A stretch of DNA of 63,781 nt, filler included, from Octopus bimaculoides (Eukaryota), in the NCBI RefSeq assembly GCF_001194135.2. It is 5 parts of 5 records of this genome, joined end to end, with 100 filler letters (N's around TTAATTAATTAA, not from the genome) between each part and the next. Parts side by side here need not be neighbours in the genome. Positions count along the whole stretch, not along the records: positions 19,334 to 30,658 come from NC_068982.1; positions 30,759 to 61,377 come from NC_068988.1; 3 more parts are not named here. The stretch is one strand, 5' to 3'. The notes beneath the pieces were generated by a model. It searched no databases. It saw only the letters and a program-made list of their open reading frames with translations, and had not been told where the DNA came from. Shown piece by piece: positions 23,743 to 38,203 of the stretch (its first letter is position 1; every line of letters begins with the position of its first letter). Made by a program: the position numbers and the translations under genes.

Positions 23743-23968
23743 TAAGGTGACGAGCTGACAGAATCGTTAGCACGCCGGACAAAATGCTTAGCGGCAATTC
23801 ATTCGTCTATACGTTCTGAGTTCAAATGCTGCTGAGGTCGACTTTGCTTAACATCCTTTCGGAATCGATAAAATAGGGTTCCAGTTGAGCATTAGGATCA
23901 ATGTAATCGACTAGCCTATCCCCGCAAAATTGTAGGCCTTGTGCCTATATTAAAAGGAGTTATTATTA
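23743..23968 (+). mobile_element. SINE family C copy
   Basis: taaggtgacgagctgacagaatcgttagcacgccgg...gaggtcgactttgc...ggccttgtgcctata..aaaagga.ttatt. Confidence 0.85.
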
Positions 23969-24136
23969 CTTATGCAGCGAGCTGGCTATGAGGCCAGTTA
24001 ATAACTTCCAGAGAAATGGTAAACAATAGATCGACGATTGCTGATTTCTCCCCCTTTATCTATCTGTATCAGCACTGTTCTTTTTGTCACCCATGTTAGC
24101 ATTTTATTTTCTATGCTGTCGTAAATGGCTGTTTTA

Positions 24137-24600
24137 ATTGGGTGTTTCTCGCACCAGAATTCCTGAAAGCGATCTGGTCCTGGGGCTTTCTAGTTTTTAT
24201 GATCATCTCTTTCATGTTTTTATCAGTAACTGTCATGTTTTCTTGTTTCACTCTTCTGTTTCTCTTTTAAATTCTCGCAAACAGCATATTATGGTGGACC
24301 TTTTGCTTCAGGTTTCCGTCCAGAATTTTCTCGTGGCTTCAGCATCTGGCATATAAATCCCATGCTCCTCTTCATTATTAATATGTTTTATGTAGTACTT
24401 GCTTAGTAGTTCGTTCATCTGTCTTTCCCCCACCCTTTCCTTTTCTATGATTGCATGTATCCGTCTAAGATCTCTCTGTTCAATTTGGTTCTCAAGTATT
24501 CGTTACCACCATGAGACTTTGTCCTTTGTTTACCTTTTGCTTTTAACCCCAAAAATTCACACATTGTTTAAATCGGCTATATTTTCTATATAGAATTTCA
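24137..24600 (-). mobile_element. R4/Dong-clade retrotransposon, degraded pre-RT fragment
   Basis: Frameshifted minus-strand reads RILENQIEQRDLRRIHAIIEK..., MPDAEATRKFWTE, KQENMTVTDKNMKEMI and KAPGPD.FQEFW, matching the R4-type PWW.RR.E, PD.E...FW..IW and KAPGPD motifs. The 5' side abuts (TAA)n at about 24607-24677. Confidence 0.7.
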
Positions 24601-24606
24601 TTTATC

Positions 24607-24678
<72 letters not shown>

Positions 24679-25330
24679 TGGGTTTAATATTTGACTGTGG
24701 CATACTGCTGACAATAACATCTATTTATTCCCTCCAGGACATCACTCAAGTACGTCTAGGCCTCGCAGGAAAAATTACAGATGTGTATACTATTATTCCT
24801 TAAAATTCAAACGAAATATGACGATGTTGTTATAACAGAGACTCTACCAAAATGAAACGAATTACATGCGTATATTAAATGACGCAGACCATGAAAGTGG
24901 CTTTCTCATTAAGCACACAGCGGTTTCATATCTCCACTAATTAGGAATAAAATTATATGGCTGCTGTCTGTGTTAACGGGAACATGCTGATATTAATAAT
25001 TTAGAAGTCTTGTTTCAACTAAATTTCTCAAAGTGAGGGTGGGTAACTACATACGTCAACAAGAGATAACAGAACTAAGAAACCACCACTCAATAATGCG
25101 TAAGCTTGCCATTCAGCTGGAGATCTTTATGTGATGACCATTAATGTTGTCAGATTATTGTACAAATAGATTATAAGTAGGCTTAACTTCAATAAGCATC
25201 ATTCTCAATTTACTAATAATTTGGTAAAGTCGAACTCAAAAGCCAATGTAGCGAACAATTAAATCTAGTAATCTGACTACGAGTCTAAGTTGTACTATTA
25301 ATGATTTTTTGCCATTGCCTATGCATATGC

Positions 25331-26087
<757 letters not shown>

Positions 26088-28561
26088 CAATCATATTCAT
26101 GTGTGCACCTGCATAAATGTGTGTATGTATATGTATGTATAGGCAATTTATACAAAATCATCTGAAGTGTTCTCCACACTTAAAAGTATGTACAGTCGAT
26201 TAATGAAAATATTAGTACAGCAATTACTGTAACTATTTCATATCAGTGTCTCATTACGCTTCATAAGGATCTAACTCATCAGCGAAATGACTAAGTCAGA
26301 CTTTCGATGTTTAGCATTATTTTCACTTAACATTTATAAGGGTCAAATTTTGGTCAGTTAGCTAACAATAATATTATATTGTATGACAGAGTTAAACAGA
26401 TTAAAAACGAAGAGTGTAAAACTATTAATCACCAGTTGATAGACAACGTTCATGTTTAGAAAGTAGTGTGTAGACGTCCAGGTATTGTATACAAAGTGAC
26501 ACTGCTCGCGTACGCGCTCTTACGCTTGTACGCAGTCGCATATTCTAACTTTCTAACACGTATATACATATAAACTTTCTAACATGCACTCACACACACA
26601 CACACACACATGCGTATGTATGTATGTATGTATGTATGTATCTATGTATGTATGTATGTATCTATCTATCTATCTTTACACAAATGCTTATAATACAGTT
26701 ATACAGTCATACGCATATTGTGTTTTTTATACTCGTATATGACATTCATTAATTGCAAAGGCAGGAACAGGAATAACAGCAATAGTCTCCACGTTTGACT
26801 TGCCTTTAAAAAGATTGCTTTATCGTTATGTATTCCTCTGTATTATGTGTGCTCTCTAGTAAAAGCAGACATCTTCCATCATACAATCAGGATGCATACA
26901 AACTCCTTCGAGTTGATTTCTATTTCTCTTTCAAATGATGTAAGTAGGCGTTATGAAGTTTTGCTTTTCAGATTTATACACCTTACAATGCTGAAAATAA
27001 CCTTTAAGAATGGTTTTATTTGAAACAGAATTATATCTGAAGAGAAAAAAATCCTCTTTGGACTTTTTAACCTCGTTACCGCTTTGGCCGAAAACCAGGA
27101 TTGTGATAGACGGTATTTGGAATTCTTGTATACTGATGAATGTAACCTCAGTGCTACTTAAAGATCTGAAGCGTCTACGAAAACTTGGATTTCACGAGTA
27201 ACATAGAAAACGGAAATTGCTTTATTTCTCCCATGAAAACCTTTGTATCAATCTTAGTAGCTTCCTTAATGGTTAAGTATTGGAAACATTTGGGCTGTAT
27301 CTTCTTAAAATACGTTAAGATACAAACTACTAACCAAATTTTATGTCTATACATGGAACTAAAACGATTTTGTTTCAAAGAAGATGTAGAAATATCGTAT
27401 ACTGATAATTCATGAGCTTTCTTTGTTATATTTTATTACATTATTTCTGACAGAACTTTTTATAAATAGTAAAGATTTGTCTCTGAGAACTTTTAAGTAT
27501 CACATGAAAGAGTTACAATTTACACAGCAGAGTTGCTTTCCCAATATTCGCGTTGTCTTGACGGGGATCAAGTAGTTAAAATGGTGGGACGCCAGGCTAA
27601 AACGTCAGGTGGTCTTCAGTTATCTCTCTTGAAGTTCTGAGTTCAAGTACCACAAAGATCAACTTTGACATTCATTAATCTGAGACCAACTCAGTCGACC
27701 GTTCTCCGCAAACGAAGTGTATAACTTTGAAGCAAAGTTAGAAATTAAATAGAAAACATCTTTAAGAAGTTTATGGTTTAATTAGGAAAATATATCGGCA
27801 AGTTTAAATCAGGAAAATAAAATAGTTTTAACTAAATGTGAAAAACGCTAAAACATCGATTACATTCGATTGGCTGAACTGTAATGGAGACACTATTTAG
27901 TTCATGAGTTAACTAAATATATTCCCATAGGATTTGATATTGGCACTAAACATCTACCACAGTTAATCACCAGACTATAAACTATTACTATTTTTTTTTC
28001 ATAACTGAGTTCTTCACTGTGTTATATTACCCTGCCACCAGGCATGCGGTAGAGATGTCTTGGAGTACAGAACAACGCCTGTATCAAAAGAAGACCAACG
28101 ACCATAAAACGGAGTGCTTATCACCTAATTCAATTACACATTATGGTTCTCAAAGCTTAGTTCATAGGTATTGTGTGGAGTATAAAACTGTTATACTCCA
28201 CACAAGCTTTAAAAGAACATTACAGTGTCGACAAGTCAATGAAATGAAGAAAATATTTAATGTGCTTATTTATATTTTTTCACCCTTTCAAGCAGAACTA
28301 ATTTAATTTTTTACAGTTTGAATGAATCTTTATAAATTTTTTTCTTTTCTTTTTTGATTTAAAGTTACTCGAAATGTGCGAATTGTAAATGCATACATTC
28401 GCAAAGTGTACTGAGGTACATTTATACATATAAAGACATTTATATGTCTATCTATCTATCTATTTATTTGCGTAAGTGATGTGAATGTTCTACGTATCTA
28501 AGAATTATGCATGTACGTATGCAAACGTGCCAGATATACACATTCCTTATAGCGATGTCAA

Positions 28562-28608
<47 letters not shown>

Positions 28609-29707
28609 CGTGTGCGTGCGTACGCTTCATTTTATTTATTTCGAAGAATTTTTGCTAATTTCCTAACAACTTTAATGCCCGAGCAGCGAACAGACGTTTA
28701 TCTTCTTTATTGGATGACATATGGTTCCGTATATTTTCAAACTTTTATTCTATACGCATTTCCCGTATTATCAAATGTAAGTTAGTGGAAGAAAACTTAT
28801 CTACAATTGGCGTATCAGACTGATTCAGTCACACGATGTTTGCACAATTCACGCTTCAACAATAAACGAAATTCAAATCTCTGATACAATTTTTTTTTTT
28901 GCTTCGTTGAATTGAAGCGGAACTCAAGGACAAATTTTATAGAGTAAACGTCCCTGAAGTATGTATGGAAAACAATGCAGTTATTCTCTGATGGGTTTTG
29001 TCAAAATACTGCTAAAAAATTAATATATTTATCTTTTGCTTTTATATGAAATACATTATTATTATTTTAGAGTGATGACTATAACAGATAATATCATCGG
29101 TTTCATGATATTTTGTTAACCGTTTCAGCTTACAAAAGTGATTTGAATGACAACCAGCTGATTCGATGATAACTTTAAGAAAGTAACAATATTTATATCT
29201 GCCATTCAACTAAATGTACCAGCAATACACTAAATACAATGGACAATTTTAGACTTTACTTACTGAGATTTGAAATATGGGTGTTATGTTTCTTCAAGTA
29301 GTTTAACTTAGCGAGGAGCCCGCCTCCAGAAACTAAAAAATAATACGCTACTACTGCTGAAATGTCCTTCGCTGCTTAATCTAGTACAAGAGTTTGAATC
29401 ATATTTTACGGATGCCTGTGGTTTCATGTGAACTTACTAAAATTCCACGAGGGACTATGCAATAAAGAGAATTGGGGTAAAATATCAGCTGGTAAGAATG
29501 AATTGACAATATGTTTTTTACTGATTAAATCTTGGTGTTTTATATATACACGGGAACATGCTACACATGTGTAGGATGTGGGGAGGGAGGTATTCTTGAT
29601 TTCATTATCACTAGTATATTTCGAAATGTCTATGTGTATGTGTGTGCGCGCGCGCGCGCGTGCGTCTATATGTATAAAAGGATGCATCTCTCTCCCTATC
29701 TCTCTCC

Positions 29708-29738
<31 letters not shown>

Positions 29739-29746
29739 ATCTTATC

Positions 29747-29789
<43 letters not shown>

Positions 29790-30281
29790 ACTATTTATAT
29801 ACACACCCACAAAAGGGAATATAGAGAGGCGACTACATACAGGCCTATATTTGCATGTGTAAATACGAACGAATGGGCCATATAGCACAGGCAAAGGCTA
29901 TAGTGCAATTATTTCAATTGGTAAAAAGTAAAACGAAAATTATTGACAACTGCATAAAATGCTGATACGCTAAATGATATTGTAAACAAAGCAAGACATC
30001 TTTTTATAGATGTTTGTCGAAAACCAAGTTGTTTAACAAGTCTGTCTAGCAGAAACAAAGTAAGGTGACAGACATCTTTCAAGTCACTAGCGTGTAGTAA
30101 TTATTGTGAGTGAGGAAATGCAGGCACGATTACTTAAAGACAAGACTTCACTACTGTTTGAGAATAGTGGCTAACAGTTCTAGTGTGATGTAAATACGTT
30201 TCGAAAATCATTTCGTAAAGAAAAATGGGTGAAGTTGTTCTTTTATTAAACTACTATGGAAATCTAGTACAAGAGTTTGTA

Positions 30282-30495
30282 CTTTTCTACTCTAGGTACA
30301 AGGCCCTAAATTTTGTGGGAGGGGCCAGTCGACTAAATCGACCCCAGTACGCAACTGGTACTTAATTTATCGACCCCGAAAGGATGAAAGGCAAAGTCGA
30401 CCTCGGCGGAATTTGAACTCAGAACGTAACGGCAGACGAAATACCGCTAAGCATTTCGCCCGGCGTGCTAACGTTTCTGCCAGCTCGCCGCCTTA
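30282..30495 (-). mobile_element. SINE family C, well-preserved full-length copy
   Basis: Reverse complement reads aaggcggcgagctggcagaaacgttagcacgccgggcgaaatgcttagcgg...gagttcaaattccgccgaggtcgac...gtacctagagtagaaaag. Confidence 0.88.
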
Positions 30496-30658
30496 GTATG
30501 GAAATTATAATAGTCTTAAGGATGCACTGGGATTGGAAAGATTACAGTTTGTATCTCGATTAAAAATCACCGATTCAAATCAAAGTCAATGGGTCTAGCC
30601 TTGGGTGACTCGTAAATTCAACGCGCGCGCGCACACAGATACAACTTTATATGTATAT

Positions 30659-30758
30659 NNNNNNNNNNNNNNNNNNNNNNNNNNNNNNNNNNNNNNNNNN
30701 NNTTAATTAATTAANNNNNNNNNNNNNNNNNNNNNNNNNNNNNNNNNNNNNNNNNNNN
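30659..30758. other. Artificial scaffold linker 3
   Basis: 44 N + TTAATTAATTAA (30703-30714) + 44 N. Confidence 0.95.
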
Positions 30759-30790
30759 AGAGAAAAAGAGAGACAGATAGAGAGGAAAAG

Positions 30791-30833
<43 letters not shown>

Positions 30834-31787
30834 CGAAGGCGCTTCGCATGTGGATTGATGAATAGTGAATAGATGGCACAGATAAATATATGCGTAAGAT
30901 ATATTTGGGCATAGTTCTTTTTAATTCAATCTTTTAATTTTCGTGTTAATTCTTTTTCATGGTCAATTTGACAAAACCTTTATTTGTACGCATTATTAGA
31001 GATGTTTCTGTTACTCATACACAATTAATTTGTTAGGGAAATTCGTTTCATTTAAGGCTGCACTAACTGTAATTCTTTTCTTATGTGTTTCGTTATGCCT
31101 CTAATCAATGATGATAATTCTGGGTAAATTTCTGCTCATACGCATCATTCTCCTACCATGTATGTTCCTATTCCTTGATATCGATCTTGTAATTGGGAAA
31201 CGGAAATATACTGCAGGGTATATATTTTCAATAAGATCCGATGCCAAGGGAAATTTCTCAATAAGTATATATTTTCGATATGTATATATTTCCCTAAATC
31301 AACATCCCCAGATGAAGTGAATGATTATTCAAATGGAAAATGTCAAGAAGGTAATGAATTCATTTATTTCCATTTTTTTTTGTATATATTGATATGTTCA
31401 GACAAGTCAGTGACTACCAGTATATTATAATGACGAATCTTTCTTGAAGATTGCGATGTGTGCTGTAAAAAAATTACTTCGTTTATACTTTCATAATAGA
31501 ATGAAAATACATCCTTAGGTATATCTTCCAATGATTTAGATTATACAAATTTATGTTAGCCATTGAAAAATACTTAATTTTCGTTATCACATTGATATTA
31601 TACATAGGTTTCTGGTGAATCTGATCTTTCCTTGTTACTAGCATCAGTTTAGCATATATAGTTCGCAAAAAGAAAGCAATATGCAATATTACTGGATGCA
31701 TATAAATGTTATGATAACTCTACATATGCCTCCAGAGTCCGATACCTAACTGTATGTAAGCACATAGACACACATAAATGTGCCTGA

Positions 31788-31837
<50 letters not shown>

Positions 31838-32148
31838 NNNNNNNNNNNNNNNNNNNNNNNNNNNNNNNNNNNNNNNNNNNNNNNNNNNNNNNNNNNNNNN
31901 NNNNNNNNNNNNNNNNNNNNNNNNNNNNNNNNNNNNNNNNNNNNNNNNNNNNNNNNNNNNNNNNNNNNNNNNNNNNNNNNNNNNNNNNNNNNNNNNNNNN
32001 NNNNNNNNNNNNNNNNNNNNNNNNNNNNNNNNNNNNNNNNNNNNNNNNNNNNNNNNNNNNNNNNNNNNNNNNNNNNNNNNNNNNNNNNNNNNNNNNNNNN
32101 NNNNNNNNNNNNNNNNNNNNNNNNNNNNNNNNNNNNNNNNNNNNNNNN

Positions 32149-32190
<42 letters not shown>

Positions 32191-32564
32191 GCTAAATCTG
32201 TTCGATTAAACACATTAAAGTCTTGCTGCAGCATGGTCGCAGTCTACTGACTGCCAGAAGTGGAAAAGCTAAAGAATATATACATAATGACATGCATATA
32301 TACACAACATGCGTGGGTGCGTGTGTGTGGGTGAATAAACACCAAAACACCGGCGGCAGAATATCCTTTCTTTTACTATTGGTTGTGTGGCTTCCGAAGC
32401 AAAGCATGCGCATACAGGTGTATGTGTGTGTGTGCGTGTGAGTCCAGTAAAACTTTTCCAACATAAACATCCAATGCTATATTCCTGGCAATATTTCACA
32501 ATTTTTAAATATGTGTATGTGTGTTTGTGCATGTGTGTGTGTCTGTGCATGTACGTGTGTGTGT

Positions 32565-32597
<33 letters not shown>

Positions 32598-32607
32598 NNN
32601 NNNNNNN

Positions 32608-32667
<60 letters not shown>

Positions 32668-33004
32668 GCGTATTTTGAATTCAACATCTTCAGGGATTTT
32701 CTTCTATATTATTTTCTGTTTTAATTTTTTTTTTCGTATGGTAAGCTATTTCATGGTATGAATACAGATATTGAAAGAATCAATTACTTTATTCCTAACA
32801 CAATATATTTCAGAAGCAGCAGAAACATAGAATGGAACGAATATCGATTGTATTTGACAGTGGAATTGATCCGAAAAACAGGTAATGGAACAGACGTATG
32901 GAATTTCCATTCTAATATACATGTCTACATAAATACTTACACACCAACATAACTCATCTTCTCTTCTCTGATCTGTCCTCCATTCACCACCCCCATATAG
33001 ATAT

Positions 33005-33057
<53 letters not shown>

Positions 33058-33135
33058 AATGCATACATACACACACATACACACATATATATATATATAC
33101 ATATATATATACATAATATATGTATATACATTTAC

Positions 33136-33172
<37 letters not shown>

Positions 33173-33545
33173 TGTATGTATATATACATACACACAACAT
33201 GCATGTTATGTATATCACGTACGTATATATCTATACACGGACACATGTATATGTATGAGTGTGTGTCTATGTGTGTGTGTACGTGCACACGTATACATAA
33301 GTGCGTTGGTGTGCGTCTTTGTGTGTAAGGGTGTTTATATATTTGGTGAATGTGGTTGCAACATTATTTGCATAGAAGCGTGTCTTAGCTGAATCTACAC
33401 ATTTTCACACAAAATCATAGATGTGGGTATGCAAATTATTTTGTGAATTGATTTCCTGCATTTATACATAACTTCAAATACACCAAACATACATACACAC
33501 GAACATGCATACACACAGACAGATAGACAGACAGTCAGAAAGACT

Positions 33546-33587
<42 letters not shown>

Positions 33588-34724
33588 TGTATGTATGATA
33601 TGTGTGTCTTTGGAAATAGTTTTGTACACTTAAACTTTTGTATTAGTGCATATACTCGCATTTATGTGTTTGGAGATGTTTGAGTATGAAAAAGTGACGT
33701 TAGTAACGCACATAACGAACTTCATTGGTTGGTCGTTATATATATATATATATNNNNNNNNNNNNNNNNNNNNNNNNNNNNNNNNNNNNNNNNNNNNNNN
33801 NNNNNNNNNNNNNNNNNNNNNNNNNNNNNNNNNNNNNNNNNNNNNNNNNNNNNNNNNNNNNNNNNNNNNNNNNNNNNNNNNNNNNNNNNNNNNNNNNNNN
33901 NNNNNNNNNNNNNNNNNNNNNNNNNNNNNNNNNNNNNNNNNNNNNNNNNNNNNNNNNNNNNNNNNNNNNNNNNNNNNNNNNNNNNNNNNNNNNNNNNNNN
34001 NNNNNNNNNNNNNNNNNNNNNNNNNNNNNNNNNNNNNNNNNNNNNNNNNNNNNNNNNNNNNNNNNNNNNNNNNNNNNNNNNNNNNNNNNNNNNNNNNNNN
34101 NNNNNNNNNNNNNNNNNNNNNNNNNNNNNNNNNNNNNNNNNNNNNNNNNNNNNNNNNNNNNNNNNNNNNNNNNNNNNNNNNNNNNNNNNNNNNNNNNNNN
34201 NNNNNNNNNNNNNNNNNNNNNNNNNNNNNNNNNNNNNNNNNNNNNNNNNNNNNNNNNNNNNNNNNNNNNNNNNNNNNNNNNNNNNNNNNNNNNNNNNNNN
34301 NNNNNNNNNNNNNNNNNNNNNNNNNNNNNNNNNNNNNNNNNNNNNNNNNNNNNNNNNNNNNNNNNNNNNNNNNNNNNNNNNNNNNNNNNNNNNNNNNNNN
34401 NNNNNNNNNNNNNNNNNNNNNNNNNNNNNNNNNNNNNNNNNNNNNNNNNNNNNNNNNNNNNNNNNNNNNNNNNNNNNNNNNNNNNNNNNNNNNNNNNNNN
34501 NNNNNNNNNNNNNNNNNNNNNNNNNNNNNNNNNNNNNNNNNNNNNNNNNNNNNNNNNNNNNNNNNNNNNNNNNNNNNNNNNNNNNNNNNNNNNNNNNNNN
34601 NNNNNNNNNNNNNNNNNNNNNNNNNNNNNNNNNNNNNNNNNNNNNNNNNNNNNNNNNNNNNNNNNNNNNNNNNNNNNNNNNNNNNNNNNNNNNNNNNNNN
34701 NNNNNNNNNNNNNNNNNNNNNNNN

Positions 34725-34757
<33 letters not shown>

Positions 34758-36280
34758 CACGGTCGAAGTTAGTGAATCTCAGCATCCATACAGAAGGAAC
34801 TGTTTCTGTCAAGCTACCCTCGATCAGTGATATGCTAAAGTTGTTAGCAACGAAGAAAACAGCGGTGAAATTCTTTTGCAAATGAATTCTGTAAATTTTA
34901 AAAAACAGTTTCCACTCTACCCAAAATTTAGATTGTCTCAGTACCAGCGCTACGTCTATATGAGAGTGTTTGCTCGTTCATATAATACTTCCACTTTAAA
35001 TACGATATAAAGATCACTATTTGGTTTTAATATTGCTTCTGTAATATTGCTCTGTGTGTATGTTTGCGTGTGGGGATTATGTGTATGTATATATGTGCAT
35101 GCGTATGTGCCTGTATTTACGCGAATGTGTGTGTTTATTTGTGTGTGTTTGTGCGTGTTGCGTGCGCGTGTATGCTGGAAACTAGATTTGAAAATATCTC
35201 ATGATATTTGCGGGAAAGAAAATGCCAACGATATTAGGTTTTAATTATAATTTTAATTATAAATGAAAAACTCTTAATGAACCAATGTAAATAAATGCAA
35301 ATCCGCTAACAATAATCAACGAGCTCGATGGAACACCTGATCCTCTCCAAATAAACAATGGATTATAGTAAACGACTAAAATAACATACAAAAATTTTAT
35401 AAATCTGGGCAAATGTTTCGAAACATGCAAAGAGGACAAGATTCCGAAATTTCTGATTTTAATACACAGCGAAGAATACATCTAAGAAAAATCATATTTC
35501 CTTCAATGGCAAATTTTCCCTATCGAAAGAATTTTGTGTTTGAAACAATGATTAAAAAAATAATTTTGAAAATGTGGTTGTAAACGAAAGATGACTAAAC
35601 TAAACGCCAATAATCCTTGTATACACGCTCCAAATAGAACCCATCAGACACGGACGACTAAGTGGGAAAATATTTGTTCGACAAAATAAATATGAAAATT
35701 GTTGTCCTATAAATTGATTCAGAAATTCCGAATAGAATTCAGGTAAAAGTATAAGGTTGAAAACATTTAAATTCTGTGGAAGACAAGTGCAAAAATTAAA
35801 AAAAAAAATCTGAATTGTAATAACTTTAAAGGCGGGAACACTGCCGACCGTGTATCTCCAACAACAGATTTCTGAAGCGTAGTTGAGAAAAAATCATAAA
35901 TGAATGAGGTTCTATAACCGACGAATATCAATCTAAGGAATGTAGGAAAATAATAACCTCATAATTTATAAACATTTCTCAAGACAGGGACCGTAGTACC
36001 TCACTAAAAACGGGAGAGAAGAAGAATCTACTTTCAATATCGACATCAAAATTCCTCACCACCCTTGAATGAGAAATAACAAGAGAAATGCCCCCTAAAA
36101 CCCGTCAATGAAACATAAAATTGTACGACAATCTCCGGCTGCGAACTACAACAGACTAATTTATCAGTTATCTACGATTTTTTATATCACATTTTAGAAG
36201 CCATCGCAACACGAATGAAAAAAAAAAATTGTTGACGAAATAACGACAATGTCTCTGCCGATGAGCGACAGAAAAGAAAA

Positions 36281-36396
36281 CTACTACTACTACTACTACT
36301 ACTACTAAACTACTACTACTACTAATAATAATAATAATAATAATACCACTACTACTACTACTACTGCTGCTGCTACTACTTCTACTACTGCTGCTG

Positions 36397-36432
<36 letters not shown>

Positions 36433-36465
36433 ATACTACTACCACTACTACTACTACTGCTGCTG

Positions 36466-36510
<45 letters not shown>

Positions 36511-36590
36511 ATACTACTACTACTACTACTAATACTACTACTACTACTGCTGCAACTGCTACTGCTGCTGCTGCTGCCGCTGCTATTGCT
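36281..36590. repeat. (CTA/TAA/CTG)n compound trinucleotide microsatellite
   Basis: Long actactact/gctgctgct array; explains the poly-V/poly-T ORFs. Confidence 0.9.
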
Positions 36591-36945
36591 GCAGCTGTTG
36601 TTGCTTTTACGACTTCATCAATACCTGGTTCTGTCACAATTCTGGTGATTCTACGACCATTTCTTTCAATCCTGATGGAGGGGAACAACCCACTGTCACC
36701 ACAGCTTCTACCATTTGCACCTCTAATAGTACAACAGGCGTTTAAGATGCTACAGGTGCTGTTAGTGGCTCTGCAAATACAACAAAAACGATTGAGACCT
36801 CTCTTATTGCTGTAACTTCTACTTTCCGCACAAGAATACGACCTCACACAGCATTACAGACCACACTTTAATATTCATCTTGCCAGCTAGGACAAATAAA
36901 CCACTACCAATGCTACTACAAGAAGTAACAATATATTACTGTCTC

Positions 36946-37130
36946 TAAGGCGGCGAGCTGGCAGAAATGTTAGCACCTGGGAGAAAAGCTTAGCGGCATT
37001 TCACCTGCCTATATCTTCTGAGGTCAAATTCCGCCGAGGTCGGTTTGCATTTCATCATTTCGGGGTCGATAAATTAAGTACCAATTGCGTACTGGGGTCG
37101 ACCTAATGTGCCTAGAGTGGAAAAGAATAT
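36946..37130 (+). mobile_element. SINE family C copy with 3' internal deletion
   Basis: taaggcggcgagctggcagaaatgttagcac...ggggtcgac|ctaatgtgcctagagtggaaaagaata. Confidence 0.8.
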
Positions 37131-38172
37131 GCTAGTGCCTCTATTCAATTTGTTACACCAGCTCTAATTACAATGCAGCGTTCACAGGAAAGCTAACAAC
37201 CGTTTCCATGAGAATTTTTAAGAAAACGTAAATTTCTATCGGGAAAAATAATTTTAATCTAATTCAATATATTTCCCTTTTCATTTTGCATGAGAGAATC
37301 TTTCTCTCCTTTTTTACATGATAAAGTTCTCAAAGCATTTTACCNNNNNNNNNNNNNNNNNNNNNNNNNNNNNNNNNNNNNNNNNNNNNNNNNNNNNNNN
37401 NNNNNNNNNNNNNNNNNNNNNNNNNNNNNNNNNNNNNNNNNNNNNNNNNNNNNNNNNNNNNNNNNNNNNNNNNNNNNNNNNNNNNNNNNNNNNNNNNNNN
37501 NNNNNNNNNNNNNNNNNNNNNNNNNNNNNNNNNNNNNNNNNNNNNNNNNNNNNNNNNNNNNNNNNNNNNNNNNNNNNNNNNNNNNNNNNNNNNNNNNNNN
37601 NNNNNNNNNNNNNNNNNNNNNNNNNNNNNNNNNNNNNNNNNNNNNNNNNNNNNNNNNNNNNNNNNNNNNNNNNNNNNNNNNNNNNNNNNNNNNNNNNNNN
37701 NNNNNNNNNNNNNNNNNNNNNNNNNNNNNNNNNNNNNNNNNNNNNNNNNNNNNNNNNNNNNNNNNNNNNNNNNNNNNNNNNNNNNNNNNNNNNNNNNNNN
37801 NNNNNNNNNNNNNNNNNNNNNNNNNNNNNNNNNNNNNNNNNNNNNNNNNNNNNNNNNNNNNNNNNNNNNNNNNNNNNNNNNNNNNNNNNNNNNNNNNNNN
37901 NNNNNNNNNNNNNNNNNNNNNNNNNNNNNNNNNNNNNNNNNNNNNNNNNNNNNNNNNNNNNNNNNNNNNNNNNNNNNNNNNNNNNNNNNNNNNNNNNNNN
38001 NNNNNNNNNNNNNCTCTGTCTCTTTTGAATATGAAAATTTAAAAGTTTAAAAATCTTATGATATAAATATAAACTGTGAGAACGACCCTTAAGGAATCTA
38101 ATTAATGATCTCCTAAGGTAAGTTCTTATGCTATATTGGTAACGGTTGCCACATCCTCTGGAAAAAAATTAT

Positions 38173-38203
<31 letters not shown>

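Noticed and set aside
32814-32881. AG...GT bounded 68-nt segment
   Set aside because: Two open frames, neither recognisable; not distinguishable from background.
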